A DNA stretch of 64,000 bases from Mobula hypostoma (GCF_963921235.1 NC_086097.1:245336001-245400000); one strand, 5' to 3'; counted from the first letter of the stretch, positions 1-13,475 are shown. The notes: generated by a model from the letters alone, not told the origin. A program made the numbers and translations.

Positions 1-440
1 CCAGAGAGCGGTAGTAGCTGGTTGCCTCTCTGACTGGAGGCCTGTGACTACTGGAGTATCACAAAGATCGATGCTGGGCCATGATTGTTTGTCATCAATA
101 TCAATGATATGGATGATAATGTGATTAACTGGATCACCATATCTGCGGGTGACACCCAGGGTGTAGTGGACATCAAGGAAGACTATCCTGGCTTGCAGCA
201 GGATCTGGAGCAGCTGGAAAAATGGACTGAAAAATGGCAGATGAATTTAGTGCAGACAAGTGTGAGGTGTTGCATTTTGAGAGGACCAACCAGTGTAGGT
301 CTTACACAGTGAACGATAGGGCACTGAGGATTGTGGTAGAACAAAGTGATCTGGGAATACAGATCCATAATCCCTTAAAAGTGGCAGCACAGGTTTTTAA
401 GGTTGTAAAGAAAGCTTTCAACACATTGGATTTCATAAAT
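1..440 (+). mobile_element. CR1-type LINE fragment (RT C-terminal region, degenerate)
   Basis: ORFs 85-312 and 234-497 give FVININD, LQQDLEQLEKW, KCEVLHF and DLGIQIH, typical CR1 RT motifs; frameshifted. Confidence 0.85.
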
Positions 441-790
441 CTAACCCTCCCCTCCTACATAATCCACTGTTTTTCTCTCGTCCATGTGCCTATGTAAGAG
501 TCCCTAATATATCTGACTCTTCCACCATGCCAGGCAGGACATTCCACATACCCACCGCTCTCTGTGTTTATATAAAAAAAAACCTCTGATATCCCCCCTC
601 TATACTTTCCTCCAATCACCTCAAAAATGTGCCCCCTTCTGTTTGCCATAACCACCCTGGGAAAAATCTCTGGCTACGCTCATGACCTATGCTTCTTATC
701 ATCTTGTACACCTCTATCAAGTCTCCTCTCATCTTCCTTCACTCCAAAGAGAAAAACCCTGGCTCACTCCACCTAACCTCATAAAACATA
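441..790 (-). mobile_element. CR1 LINE 3' fragment
   Basis: Reverse strand resembles the CR1 ORF2 C-terminus (RGHIFEVIGGKYRG) seen in other copies here. Confidence 0.75.
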
Positions 791-1704
791 CTTGTAAGAA
801 ATAGTTTTAAATTCTCACCTCTTTTCTAATAGAACTAAAGATGAAGAAATATATAAAATAGGTTGGTTGTCACCCATTTTAATGATTACCCATTCCATGT
901 ACATGCTCTGTAGTTTTGAGCCTGGAGTTCGGGGTCTCGTCCGGAAGGTCAGTACTGAAGATCAGAGCCTGAACATCAATCAGAGATCTGGAAGTTGAGG
1001 TCCAATGGCCGAAGCCTGGAGCCTGGAGACCTGTCCTGAGGTTAAAGGACTATGCAAGTGTGCGGGTGGGTTTAAGGGAAGCACAGGGCTTGTTTTGCTG
1101 TTGTTGTTTCGTTGCTTGTTGTGTTCTGTGTTGTTCTGCTGAGCGTTGTCGAAATGCTATGTTGGTGCCAGATTGTGTGACAACACCTGAGGATTCAAGA
1201 TTGCTATTTTCTGAAGGATGAGGGAGAACACCCTTACATTGTATTGGTTACTAACACAAATGGAGCATTTTATGGTATATTTCAACGTAGATGTGATAAA
1301 TAAATGAATCTAAATCTACTACTGAAATGTGTGCAGGGCAGACATAGGGCAAGTACATGAATTGAGGAATAGCTATTATATTATTAAAATGAGTTTAAAT
1401 TTTCTGAATGAACAAGAGGAGAAACATCACAGAATTGCCAGACTACTCCAGGAACAGAATCTGAGATGCATCAAACTAGAAATGTAAGTAGATTATGCTT
1501 TCCATTTCAGTCAAACAGGAATTTCCAAACATTTCAGCAGACTATGTGTAAAATGAAAGATCAAAGTGCAATCATTCTCAGCTACCCAGATGGATCAACT
1601 TTTAATTATTTATTGAGAGACACAGTGTTGAACTTCCAGCCCAACGAGCCACATTGCCCAGCAATCCACTTATTTAACCCTGGCCTGATAGGGTCAGAGT
1701 CAGA

Positions 1705-2300
1705 GAAAAGTACAGCACAGACTCAGGTCTGTTGGCCTATTTAGTTCATACCGAACCATTTAAACTATCTGGTCCCATTCACCTGCACCTTGATCATCAT
1801 AGCCCTCCATAGCCCTCTCAACCATCTACCGATCCAAATTTCTCTTAAATATTGAAATTGACCCCGCATCCACCACTTACGCAGGCAACTCGTTCCACAC
1901 TCTCACCACCCTCTGAATGAAGACATTTCCCCTCATGTTCCCCTTGAACATTTCATCTTTCACCCTTAACCCATAACCCACCCAACCTCAGTGGAACATC
2001 TTGCTTGTATTTACCCTATCTATACTCCTCATGATCTTGTATACCTTCATCAAATTTCCCCTCAATCGTCTATGTTCTGGGCAATAAAGTTCTAACCTAC
2101 TCAACCTTTCCTTATAACTCTGGTCCTCAAGTCCTGGCAACATCCTTGTAAATTTTCTCTGTACTCATTCAACCTTATTTACATCTTTCCTGTAGGCAGA
2201 TGACCAAAAACTGCATACAATACTCCAAATTAGGCCTCACTAATGCTTTATACAACTTCAACATGACATCCCAACTCTTGTACTCAAAACATTGATTTAG
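1705..2300 (-). mobile_element. CR1 LINE 3' fragment
   Basis: Reverse-complement similarity to the CR1 3' ends at 3170-3520 and 56590-56970. Confidence 0.75.
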
Positions 2301-2826
2301 AAAAGTTTAAAAGTTCAGTGTAATGTTGTGGGTGGAAGGGCCAGTACTGTGTTGTAATCTTCTATGGTTTTTAGAGATACAGCAGAGTAACAGGCCCTTC
2401 TGACCAATTAACCTACTAACTCATACATCTTTGGAATGTGGGAGGAAACCACAAAGAGTTTATGACTGATGAAAAAGTTTCTTATGCAGAAAGGATTGTG
2501 CATAATTCCTGAGAAGAATATGCTGCAGATGGTGGAACAGTGAAAAAACAGAAAGCAAAAGTCTATCCTGGGGATGCATTTGGCTAACACCATAATGGAT
2601 TGAGATGTTGGACTAACAACTGAAACAAAAGATTAAGTATCATTCCTAAATTTTGAAACTCATTTTCTGAAGAGACCCCTGTCCTGGGGAATTTTGCAGT
2701 AGATGTTTGTAATAAAAACTAGGAATGAAATTCTAGATTCTAGCATCTATAGGCAAAGCAGCAATCATTGCCTTCTCTCCATATCTGCTCATGGAGGTAG
2801 ATTCAGTTCATTTTCACCCCAAACTG

Positions 2827-3610
2827 GGACAGCACAGTAGCATCGTGGTTAGCACATTACTATAACAGTGCCAGCAGATGCTGCCTGGCCTGCTGATTTC
2901 CTCCAGCATTTTGTGTGTGACATGAGTTTATTTCCTGCAGCTGTGTGTAAGGAGTTTGTACGTTCTCCTCACATCTGAACACAGAACATAGAATAGTACA
3001 GCACATTACAGGCCCTTCAGCCCACAATGTTGTGCCGACCCTCAAACCCTGCCTCCCATATAAACACCCACCTTAAATTCCTGGGTTAAAATCTTAAAAA
3101 CCATCTGCATGGGTTTCCTCTGGGTGCTTTGGTTTCCTCCTACGTTCCAAAGATATACGATTTAGTAAATTATGAGGGGGATAGATAGAGTTGACGTGGA
3201 TAGGCTTTTTCCATTGAGAGTGGGGGAGATTCAAACAAGAGGACATGAGCTGAGAGTTAAAGGGCAAAAGTTTAGGCGTAACATGAGGGGGAACTTCTTT
3301 ACTCAGAGAGTGCTAGTTGTGTGGAACGAGCTTCCAGCAGAAATGGTTGAGGCAGGTTCGATGTTGTCGTTTAAAGTTAAATTGGATAGATATATGGACA
3401 GGAAAGGAATGGAGGGTTATGGGCTTAGTGCAGGTCGGTGGGACTAGGTGAGAGTAAGTGTTCGGCACGGACTAGAAAGGCCGAGATGGCCTGTTTCCGT
3501 GCTGTAATTGTTATATGGTTATAGTAGGTTAATTGGTCACATGAGTGTAGTTAGACAGCACAGACTCGTTGGGCTAGAAGGGCCTGTTACCATACTGTAT
3601 CTCTAAAAAA
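2827..3610 (+). mobile_element. HE1/V-SINE-like tRNA-derived SINE with nested inserts (including a CR1 3' end at about 3170-3522)
   Basis: tRNA-like head, V-domain-like core (gtttgtacgttctcc...gggtttcctctgggtgctttggtttcctcc) and LINE-type tail. Nested ORF 3172-3447 is a CR1 C-terminus. Confidence 0.7.
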
Positions 3611-4035
3611 GGCTCAAACCTTAAACTTGCCAACTTTAAAACTGAACTCTCAATATCATCAAACTTTAAGTCTCCTTTTTGCCTTTGCAGTTGCTCTTGT
3701 TGCATGAATATGAACTTAGTGGACTTTCTTTAATAATAGCAACTGCTTGTACGGCGTGTATGGGATGCCCAGGGAGGGGTAACAATTCCAGTGAAGGGGC
3801 TCGTCGTGTCCACTCTGGAGCAGCTCACTCACCTTTGGTTCCTACCGGACACTCGGCTCTCATCCGTGGCTCCAAGTAGCTGTTTGCATGTGACAGCGAC
3901 CGCACCCCGGTACACGGCTTCGACAGGCGGGCTAAACCAGGTGAAAGTAACCAGCAAGCCTCATTCCCTGATGCGATGGTGATATGATTGTCCTAGCATG
4001 CAAAGGCAGCTCCAGTGGACTGATGGATGAGATGA

Positions 4036-4990
4036 GAATCAGAGTCAGGTTTAATATCACTGGCATATATCGTGAAATTTGTTTTATAGCAGTGGTACAT
4101 TGCAATACATAGTAATAAAAACTATCAATTACAGTCGAACATATTATATATTTATGATTACATTTAAATTAAATATGTAGTGCAAAAAGAGAGGAAAAAT
4201 AGGGAGGTAGTGTTCATGAATTCAGTGTCCATTCGGAAATCTTATGGCGGAAGGGAAGAAGCCCTGAAACCTTAAGTGTGTCTTTAGGCTTCTGTCCGTC
4301 TCTCTCTCTCTCTGGCTATCCATCCCATAGGATGATGATGGTTCCTTTCAGTCAGTTAGTGGGGTGGTACCCCACTCACTCAGCGTGTGCGTGAGTGGAT
4401 GTTAGGTGAGTAGGGGGTTGCGCAGGTCCAGACCCACCCTCTCGACATCCCCTCCCGGATCCAACAGCATGGTGGGGACCAAGACGGCTGGGGGAAGTTC
4501 TGTTGCAGTGAATGGCCAGACCAAGCTTCGATGCAAGGGATGCCCTTTCCGCGCTTCACAGCACGTGTTTGCTAAATGGCTGTCGACCCTACAAGAGGGT
4601 TCATCCGCCCTTTGACAGATCTTGTTTTTCATCCTGCAGGGTGTCTAGCCACTCTCCTCACCAGGCAAGCCTGGTGGGGGAGCTGGTTTAGTCGCCGACT
4701 ACCCGACCATGAGACAGGTAGACTGGGTTACCATGAGACTGGGTTACGTGGTACCAGTTGCACTCAGACGAGTGATCTGACCTGGCTTCTGTACCTCCTC
4801 CTTGATGGTAGTAATGAGAAGAGGGCACGCCCTGGGTGTTTGTGGTACTTAATGACGGATGCTACCTTTCTGAGGCATCCTCAGTGCTGGGGAGGCTAGA
4901 CCCATGATGGAGCTGGCTGAGTTTACAACTTTCTATAGCTTTTTTCAATCCTGCACAGAGGTCCCTCTGTACCAGACAGTGGTGCACACA
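4036..4990 (-). mobile_element. Rex1/Babar-like LINE 3' fragment interrupted by a younger insertion
   Basis: Reverse complement matches the 3' part of the Rex1-like copy at 19845-21192 (gatattaaacctgactctgattct tail). Confidence 0.7.
4301..4783 (-). mobile_element. Non-autonomous retroposon (possibly RTE-related) with (GA)n tail and TSD
   Basis: Flanked by ggcttctgtccgtc (4287-4300) and ggcttctgtacctc (4784-4797), 12/14 identical, with a (TC)n run at the left end. Family assignment is tentative. Confidence 0.6.
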
Positions 4991-5004
4991 GTCAGAATGC
5001 TCTC

Positions 5005-5245
5005 CAAAGTACACCCACCAATCTCTGTGTAAAAACCTTGCCCCTCACATCTCCTTTGAAATTACCACCTCTCACCTTAAATGCATGCTGTCTAGCATTA
5101 GACATTTCAACCCTGGGGTAAAGATACAATCTGTCTCCTCTATCAATGCCTCTCATAATCTTATAAATCTCTATCAGATCTCTCCTCAGCCTCCGCCGCT
5201 CCAGAGAAAACAACCCAAGTTTGTCCAACCTTTTGTTATACATTT
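5005..5245 (-). mobile_element. CR1 LINE 3' fragment
   Basis: ORF 4992-5255 reads LGLFSLERRRLRRDLIEIYKIMRG. Confidence 0.85.
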
Positions 5246-5299
5246 CTTTGTTCATATCTCCAATTGTTCACATCTTCTTTAGTTGACAATTTTAAAAAA

Positions 5300-5580
5300 T
5301 TTTATTTAGTGAAACAGCACACTTCCAGCCCTTTGAGCCACACGGCCCAGCAGCCCCCTGATGAACCCAACTAACCCTAACCTAATCAAGAGACAAATTA
5401 CAAAGACCGGGTAACCTACCCAGTACACCCTCAGACTGTGGGAGGAAACCGGAGCATCCGGGGAAAACCCACTCACTCCTCGGAAACGCCTTACAGAACG
5501 GGACAGGAATGGAACTCCAAACTCTGGAACGCCCCGAGCTGTAACAGCATTGTGTTAACCGCTACGCCACCGTGGTGCCC
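5300..5580 (-). mobile_element. HE1/V-SINE-like SINE
   Basis: Reverse strand has the head gggcaccacggtggcgtagcggttaacac and the core ggatgctccggtttcctcccacagtc. Confidence 0.75.
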
Positions 5581-6114
5581 AATTGATTTCCAACAATTAT
5601 TTGCACTGTGCTGATATTCTAACGCTGGCACCTTCTAGGGGGTGAATGTACGGTTGTTCGGAGGGCTGCTTGGGCTGTTGCTGCAGTTTTAGTTGCGATA
5701 CAACAACAAAAACTCAGTCACAGGGACGGAAAACATGAAAACCACAAATATGCAAATCTCATCTTTTCACGAGCTTAATAAGGTGTCAGAATGAAAAATT
5801 ACTGCCTTGTTACCAGTAACATTCAACACCCTCCTGGTTCCCTCTTGGGGCCTCCCTTTTAACTGCTCTTTTAGCGTTACAGTTGCAATTCCCAAATTTC
5901 GTATCGTCTCTGTCTCTAATTTCTGTGGAGTGTCTCCGCAAGCACCCTGTGTACGTTAGTTATTTGTGCACCGAGCCCAAAAATGCATTGAACTCTGAGA
6001 TCATGCTCCTGCCGTAGAGCAGTTCTCCCTCGCCACACTCCCGGCATCGAGAACTTACATTGGTGTCTTTTATCCGCCATTACAGGCACTTAATTAACAA
6101 ATTTAGATAATGGC

Positions 6115-6720
6115 AGTGAATAAAAGAAAGGTTGCAATGCTAAGAATTTATAAGGCATTGGTCAAAGCACTATTGGTGTATTGTGAGCTGTTTTGGGCCC
6201 CTTAACTAAGGGAGAACTTACTAGCATTGGAGAGAGTTCAGAGGAGATTCATGAAACGATCTGGGAATGAAAGGGTTAACATATAAGGACCACTTGATGG
6301 CTCTGGGTCTGCATTTGCTGGAGTTTATAAGAATGGGTGGGGGGGGGACATCTCGTTGAAACCTATCAAATATTGAAAGGCATGGATAGAGTGGACATGG
6401 GGAGGGTATTTCCTATAGTGAGAGAATCTAAAGCCAAAGGGCACCTTGTCAGAATAGAGGGATGTCCATTTAGAACAAAGAGGAGGAGGAATTTCTTCAG
6501 CTAGAGGGTAATGAATCTGTGTAATTCATTGCCACAGACGGCTGTGAAGACAAAGTCACTGAGTATATTTAAAGCAAAGGTTGATAGGTTCTTGATAAGT
6601 AAAGGCATCAAAGTTAACTGGGAGAAGGCAGGAGAATGGGGTTGGGAGGGATAATAAATCAGATGGAGTGGATTTGATGAGCCAAGTGGCCTAATCGTAT
6701 TCCTATGCTTTATGGTCCTA
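6115..6720 (+). mobile_element. CR1 LINE 3' fragment
   Basis: Degenerate ORF2 C-terminus plus 3' UTR shared with copies at 23071, 25420 and 58155. Confidence 0.8.
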
Positions 6721-6919
6721 AGCTCCAGTTGTACATGAAGTCCATAGTCATTCGTCACAGGCTGAGTTAATAGGATTCTATGGAAATTCTGTTAGTTCCG
6801 CCATGACGTTCCCATGTAATCATCAGCAGTTCAGCTTGTTTTATGATGAAGGAAAACACACATTTTATGCATTAAAGATCTGACCAACAGGATTACAACA
6901 TGTTGAGGAACTATGCTGT

Positions 6920-7480
6920 TTGGGGACGGCCAATGATAATGCGGCCTATCTATCTACATGATATGCAAACAAGGGCAGTACGATATGGAGGGCAAGCTGT
7001 TGCCCCAATCTCAGATCTGATGAATCCAAAGGAATGGCAGAGACCGATACAGTTTGGTATCAACAGCATGGCAGGAGTTACCAGTCAGCATTGAACTCAA
7101 CATTGGACTGCCTTGGGGACTCCAGCTCCGGATTTTTCCTTGGGGTTTATGCCTGAAGCCTTCCCCATGAGTGGGTACAGCCACAATGCAGTGGAAGTTT
7201 GAGTTGAGATCAGTTTTCCTTCTCCTAGATGAACAGCCAACCACAGCTGACAAGGCCCATTTACCCAAAGCAATTGGTTTTAAGGTGCCAGAAACCCATC
7301 TTTGCCCCTCCTGCTGTCAGTAGAAATGGTTCCACTGGGCTTAATAGCTAAGCCGCACGTGAAGGCCAGGAGCTGGACTTTTTTGTCAGAGGCTATTTGA
7401 GGCGCACACCATTGGGAACATTTAATAGGTAGTGGGAGCTCATCCCCATTACCTTCCCCTTCTATGACAACATTAAGGAA
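6920..7480 (-). mobile_element. Non-coding interspersed repeat (possibly RTE-related); partial second copy at about 37262-37530
   Basis: tctgatgaatccaaaggaa...gaagccttccccatgagtgggta...gagatcag is shared between the two loci. Strand and family are tentative. Confidence 0.55.
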
Positions 7481-7574
7481 CCAATTACAAGGTGTATCAG
7501 GCTAAAATGTTGCCTTGGATTCTATATATTTTTTTCCAAATTGGTTAACAATCCTTAGCGAAATGAAGATTATG

Positions 7575-7870
7575 CACGTCATGCCTTGTTCTCATTGCTA
7601 CCATCAGGAAGGAGGTACAGAAGCCTGAAGGCACACACTCAACGATTCAGGAACAGCTTCTTCTCTGTCATCCAATTTCTGAACGGACATTGAACCCATG
7701 AACACTACCTCACTACTTTTTTTAACTTAACTATTTAATTGACATACATTACATACAGTAATTGAAATTATTTTTCTGTCTATTAATTATGTCTTGCATC
7801 GTACTGCTGCCGCAAAGTTAACAAATCTTACGGCGTAGGCCAGTGATAATAAATCTAATTCTGATTCTGT
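7575..7870 (+). mobile_element. Rex1/Babar-like 3' end
   Basis: Near-identical to 20870-21192 (accatcagg...agcctgaaggcacacactca...ttcaggaacagcttc). Confidence 0.75.
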
Positions 7871-8525
7871 TTTGAATGCAGAATATTTAGTTTCATCTCA
7901 GAATCATTGAACAAAGTTACTGAAAGACATGGCTGATGCTTCTACATTAGCATGTTTTCCTCTTATGGTCTGTAAGGACTTTGTAGGTTTTGCCCCTGAC
8001 CACATGGGTTTCTTCCTGGTTCTCTGGCTTCATTCCACATTCCAAGGATGGACAAGTTAGAGTTAGAAAGTTGTGGGCATGCTATTTTGGCACCGGAAGC
8101 ATGGAGGCACTTCTGGGCTTCCCTCAGGACAGCTTGGGATGATCGTTGATGCAAATGATGCATTTCAGAGAAGGTTATTGGGGTCTCCCTGCCTTCTGTC
8201 CAAGACCTCTTTCAGAGTCCATGCCTTCAGAAGACACGGTACATCATTAAAGACCCCTCACACCCTCTCCATGAACTGTTTGTTCTTCTGCCTTCAGGCA
8301 AACATTACAGGAGCATCAAAACTAAAACCACAAGGCTACTAAACAGCTTCCTCCCACAGGCAGTCAGACTGCTAAATAGCTGCTCTACCTGACTCTGCTT
8401 TGGACACTTATAACTTGATTTTAACTGACATGTGGCTGTTGTGTTTTACTATATATTGTTACGTTTATTATTTAGTGTTGCATTTGTTATGTTACGATCG
8501 CAAGTTTTTTGAATCTTGAATCTTG

Positions 8526-8700
8526 AACAAGAGATTTTGCAGATGCTGGATATCAAGTGTAACATATACAAAATGCTGGAGGAACTCAGCAGGTCAGGCA
8601 GCATCAATGGAGAAGAATAAAGAGTCAATGTTTCAGGCTAAGATGAAGTCCTGATGACGAGTCTTGGCAGGAAATGCAGATTCTTTGTTCCTCTCCAGAG
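8526..8700. mobile_element. PLE terminal-repeat mini-element, degenerate fold-back
   Basis: Carries the aaatgctggaggaactcagcaggtcaggcagcatc arm and a decayed agtc-ctgatga...gaaa motif at about 8647-8675. Confidence 0.65.
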
Positions 8701-9720
8701 AGTGTGTTTCACTATGTATACATACGACAAATGAAACTAATCTTTATCTCTTTATAGTCGGGAAAATTTGCCAGTCCAGCACTGTCAAAGTTGCAAATGT
8801 GCCAGGGTTACCACTGTAGTGGAAACAAATGCATCTCTTTGGATTGTAGGACTGTGATTAGTAGGATAATCTATGGATTGGTTCTTGGCAACAGCAGCTC
8901 ACAGTTATTTGTACTGTGTTGTGGACCTTGGTTCGGAGAAATGTTTGGCAATATACATGTGTACAGTTGACTGATAATAAACTGGACGTGAACTTGAACT
9001 GGATACGTTTAATGAAGGAACCAATTGTAATATATCCAAGTTTGTAGATGATACAAAGCTGTGTAGGTGTGTGTGCTGTGAGATGGGGTGCAGCTTCAAC
9101 AGGGTATCGACAAGGCTAAATGGTTGAGTGGGGACATGGCAAGAAGTAGTATATAATGGGGAAAATGTCCATTTTGATGCAAGATTAAAATGGTGCAAGA
9201 TTAAAAAAGTGCTATGTTTAGAAGGACTTGGGTGTCTTTATACTCAAATCTAGATTGCAGGCACAGCCAAACAATTCGAATGCCAGATGATATGTTGCAT
9301 CTATTTGAAAGAGGATTTGAGTACAAGAGCAGATATGTAGTAGTTAATTATTTAAGCTTCATGTAAACCACATCTACAATATTGTGCACAAGTCAAGTAA
9401 CTGAATGGAGGAGTAAGTGAAAGGGGTCATATTGTCCATCACTATTATTTCTTAATACAAATGTAAGTCCACAAGTGAGATTTGGAGTTTTAGGCTACTT
9501 ACATTTCTGAGTCTTTTGAGTCTCTTATGCACACTTATTCTGATTTTTATTTCCTGCCTTATAAATTGATTCTGATTCTAATGTTTTCATCAGGCTTACA
9601 TCAAAACTTATACTGAAATGTGACCATTGTCCTAATGAATCTCAACACAGACCCTCAATGGATAACACTTTATCTTTACATGAGGTACTTAAATTCCAAA
9701 CTTAACATTGGACTCAATAG

Positions 9721-10330
9721 CAACACACACAAAATGGTGCAGCCCGACCTACTCAGTCCCTCCAGCATTTTGTGTATGTCGCTTTGGATTTCCAGAATCT
9801 GCAGATTTGCAGAACAAGCGGGATACCCCAGTGGCCACCCACTTTAATTCCAATTCCACTTCCCATTCCCATTCCGTAATGTCTATCCATGGCCTCCTCC
9901 ACTGTTGGGATGAGGCCACACTTAGGTTGGAGGAACAACACCTTATATTCCATTTGGGTAGCCTCCAACCTGATGGCATGAACATCGATTTCTCAAACTT
10001 CCAGTAATGGCCCCCAACCACCGCCCCCCCATCCCTTCTCCATTTCCCATCCCCTTTTCCCTCTCTCACCTCATCTTACCAATTAACTTCCCATCTTGTT
10101 ATTTCATTGCTCCCCCTCCAGGTTTCACCTTTCACCTGGTGTTTCTCTCTCCCCTCCCTCACCTTTTAAATCTAGTTCTCAGCCTTTTTTCTCCAGTCCT
10201 GCTGAAGGGTTTCGGCCCGAAATGTCGACTGTGCTTTTTTCCATAGGTGCTGCCTGGCCTGCTGAGTTCCTCCAGCGTTTTGCGTGTGTTGCTTTGATTT
10301 CCAGCATCTGCAGATTTTCTCTTGTTTGTG
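9721..10330 (+). mobile_element. 5'-truncated Penelope-like element with 14 bp TSD
   Basis: GIY-YIG C-terminus (PVATHFNS...LEEQHLIFHLGSLQPDGMNIDF) followed by a terminal repeat. Flanks attggactcaatag (9707-9720) and attgaactcaatag (10331-10344). Confidence 0.85.
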
Positions 10331-11276
10331 ATTGAACTCAATAGTTTCAATGTTATCACAACTTTTGATTTTATTGGCAGTGAACCTTTCAGTGCAGCGA
10401 GATCTGTTCTTGTTTTCTTCTTTGTCGCATTAAGCCCAATTTTATCTCAGGTCGTAATTATTGTTTTGTCATTTTATTTCTCCAGTATTTTCCTCTCAAC
10501 TATTTCCTTGTGATTTCCTCTGAACCCTTCCTGTTCCCTCCCTTGCTTCTATTAGTACCTCAACCGACAATGGAAACTGCTTTGCCAGCCACAAACGCCA
10601 CCTGATCAGTTCAGTGTTTCCCGCATTTGCTTTTACAGTAATGGTTTAGTAAACAGAGAGCAAAGTTTGATCAATCTAAGCGCCTGTAAGGAGATAATGT
10701 ATGCATACTTCGATAATCAGTGTACTTTGAACTTTGCTATCCATAAAATGCCCAAGAACTCATTTTTCTAGCATAGTAATTTTTTTGTATTGTACTGTTC
10801 TGCTGCCACAAAACAACAAATTTCAATTCAATAGATACATTTAATGTAAGAGAAATATACACAATACATATCCTTAAATTCCTTATCTTCACAAACATCC
10901 ACAAAAACAGGAGTGCCCCAAAGAGTGAATGAGAGTTAAATGTTAGAACCCCAAAGTGAGAGAGCCCTGCTGGCAGCCGATGGGGTAACACCTTTTTGAA
11001 CTTGCTCCTACCTTACCTATCTTTTTGTTTCCCACCAGATTTTTGAAACCTTATTGTAAGTCTTAATATTGCTCTATTATGTTTTTGAGAAAGACTAAAG
11101 CCTCCGCAAAAGAAAAAGAAGATGATTCTCCAACCACTTTGGAATCAATTGGAAATTTCCTTAAAAAGCAAAGAACAGAACTTTCTAAGGAATTTCATCA
11201 TCTTAACGTCAAGTTGGACACTATTCAACAAACTCTAACTGAACATGATAAGTGAATTAAGGAGAATAAAGAAACT

Positions 11277-11855
11277 TTGTCGATACTGGAAGCAGACTTA
11301 GAAGACATGAGTAAGCTCTGCAAAAAATTATCATTATCTAATGAAAAATTAACAAAGAAGATTACCAACCTGGAAAGCAGAAGCAGAAGGAACAATCTAC
11401 GTATTCTGGGTCTTGAAGAATCAATTGAGGATGCCGACCCCGTGGAGTTTTTTGCAAGCCTTCTGAAGCAGCTATTTCCTGATTTATTGCCATCTGTGCC
11501 TAAGTTGGACTGTGCCCACTGGTCGCTGGCCCCAAAGCCAAAGTTTGGGGAGCGACCTAGGTTGGTTATTTTATGTTTTCATGAATTTCATACTAAGGAG
11601 CTTTTAATCCATCATATTCATCGAGTAGGAATGATCGATTACAACAGGAAGATGATCAGATTTGTGGAAGATTATACACCGGAGGTAATGGCTGAACGTG
11701 CCAAGTATAAAGCAGTTATGTCTCTGCTTTATAACAAAAGGTTTAAGCCCTCCCTTTGCTTCCCCGCACGTCTTAGAATCGTTCAGAAAAATGGTGTACA
11801 GAAGTGGCTGGGATTGGTTGAACACGCACAGAAGTTTTTGAAAGCAGAAGATTAA
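11277..11855 (+). pseudogene. L1 ORF1p (coiled coil, RRM, CTD); upstream part interrupted by a stop
   Basis: LESRSRRNNLRILGLEE, RPRLVILCF, IRFVEDYT and FPARLRI are canonical L1 ORF1 motifs. Confidence 0.85.
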
Positions 11856-13475
11856 TTGCGTTATATCTCTTACAAGAGCAATTACCTTTTTAATGTTGGA
11901 CAGAATAAGGTTTTAATAAACTTACATTTTGACCATTTATATATCTTGCTTTTTGATATTATGTTTTTTTTTATTACTTTCCTCTTTTTTTGAGGTTTTT
12001 CAATTTTTTTTTGAAATTGTTAAAATGAATCCTCTTATGTTTTGGATTTCTGATCTAAGTTTATTTTGTCTGTTTTCTCTTGGTAGGAACATAATAACCT
12101 TGAATGATTGGAGTCTTGCCAGCAGGATTTCTTTGGAAGGGTTGTCTTTAGGGTTTAGCATGCCGTCTGTCCTTTGGCCGGCTTTTTTTGGCTTTGGGAG
12201 GGGAAGGGGAGTGGGTTTCTTTTTTCTCTGGAAGTTGGGTTGGGCTACCATCCAATTTTTCTGTTTGAGTACCTTATTTTATGGTTCGTTCTCTGGTTCT
12301 AATAATTTATGGTCAGATCTTTTAATTCTTCTGTTAATTAGTATTTAAAATGAATCAAAATATTAATTTACTTAGTTTTAATGTGAAAGGGTTAAATCAT
12401 CCTGTGAAATGGAATAAGATTTTTGCTTATATTAAAAAGCTAAGGGCCCCCATTATTTTCCTACAAGAAACGCATGTACGTAGTTGTGACAACGCACGCC
12501 TTTTTAATTGGTGGAGAGGTTTACAACTTCATTCTTCATTCAGAGCAAAATCTCGAGGGGTCTCGATTTTTATAGACAATACAATTTCTTTTGTTTAACA
12601 TAAAGTTGTCTCTGACCCTAATGGGCGATTTGTCATAGTGTCAGAGAAACTAGATAATAAATTAATTGTATTTGCTAATGTGTATGCCCCCAATGTGGAT
12701 GATGCAGGATTTTTTGAGCGTTTCTTTTCATTCCTGCCAGATTTGAGTCTTTATTCTTTAGTGATGGGAGGAGATTTTAATTGTTGTCTAGACCCAGTAT
12801 TAGATCATTCTTCTCTGAAACCAGCCACACCTAATAAATCAGCTTTATTTAATCCTTTCTAATGAAATGTGATATTGTTGATGTCTGGCTTTTTTTTCTC
12901 ACCTGGCAGAAAGGAAGTATTCATCTTTTTCTCATGTCCATCATTCCTATACCAGGATTGATAATTTTTATTGATAGTCAAATGATTCCATTAGTTTGAT
13001 CTATTGAATTTAAAGAAATAGCTATATCCAACCATTCTCCTGTATTTCTATCTTTAAATCTTCCTGGTTTCACTCATATGAACAGATCCTGTCATTTTAG
13101 TTTAACTTTGTTATCTGATAAGGACTTTCTAAAATTTCTGAAGAATCACATTATTCTTTTTTTTTGAAGAAAATACATTGGAAGAGACTTCTGGTCTTAT
13201 CATTTGGGACGCTTTTAAGGCATATATTAGAGGACGAATTATCTCCTATACTGCATATATTAAGAAAAAAGCTAATAAAGAGAGAACTGACTTAGTTAAT
13301 CAATTAAAACAATTAGACCAGAAATATGCTTTGGCACCAGACCCTGAACTATACAAAAGATATTTTGAAATTAAAACTGAATATGATCTTCTTATAACGT
13401 ATCCGATTGAAAGCCAACTTTTAAAAGATAGAAGCCAATTCTATATACATGGAGAAAAAACTAGTAAACTATTGG

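Noticed and set aside
7340..7380. gcc-ttcacgt on the minus strand, resembling the CPEB3/HDV ribozyme L3 loop
   Set aside because: The P3 partner is offset and no P1/P2 helices could be placed.
11929..12348. Hydrophobic 139 aa ORF between L1 ORF1 and ORF2
   Set aside because: Its composition follows from the T-rich spacer; non-ATG start; no domain.
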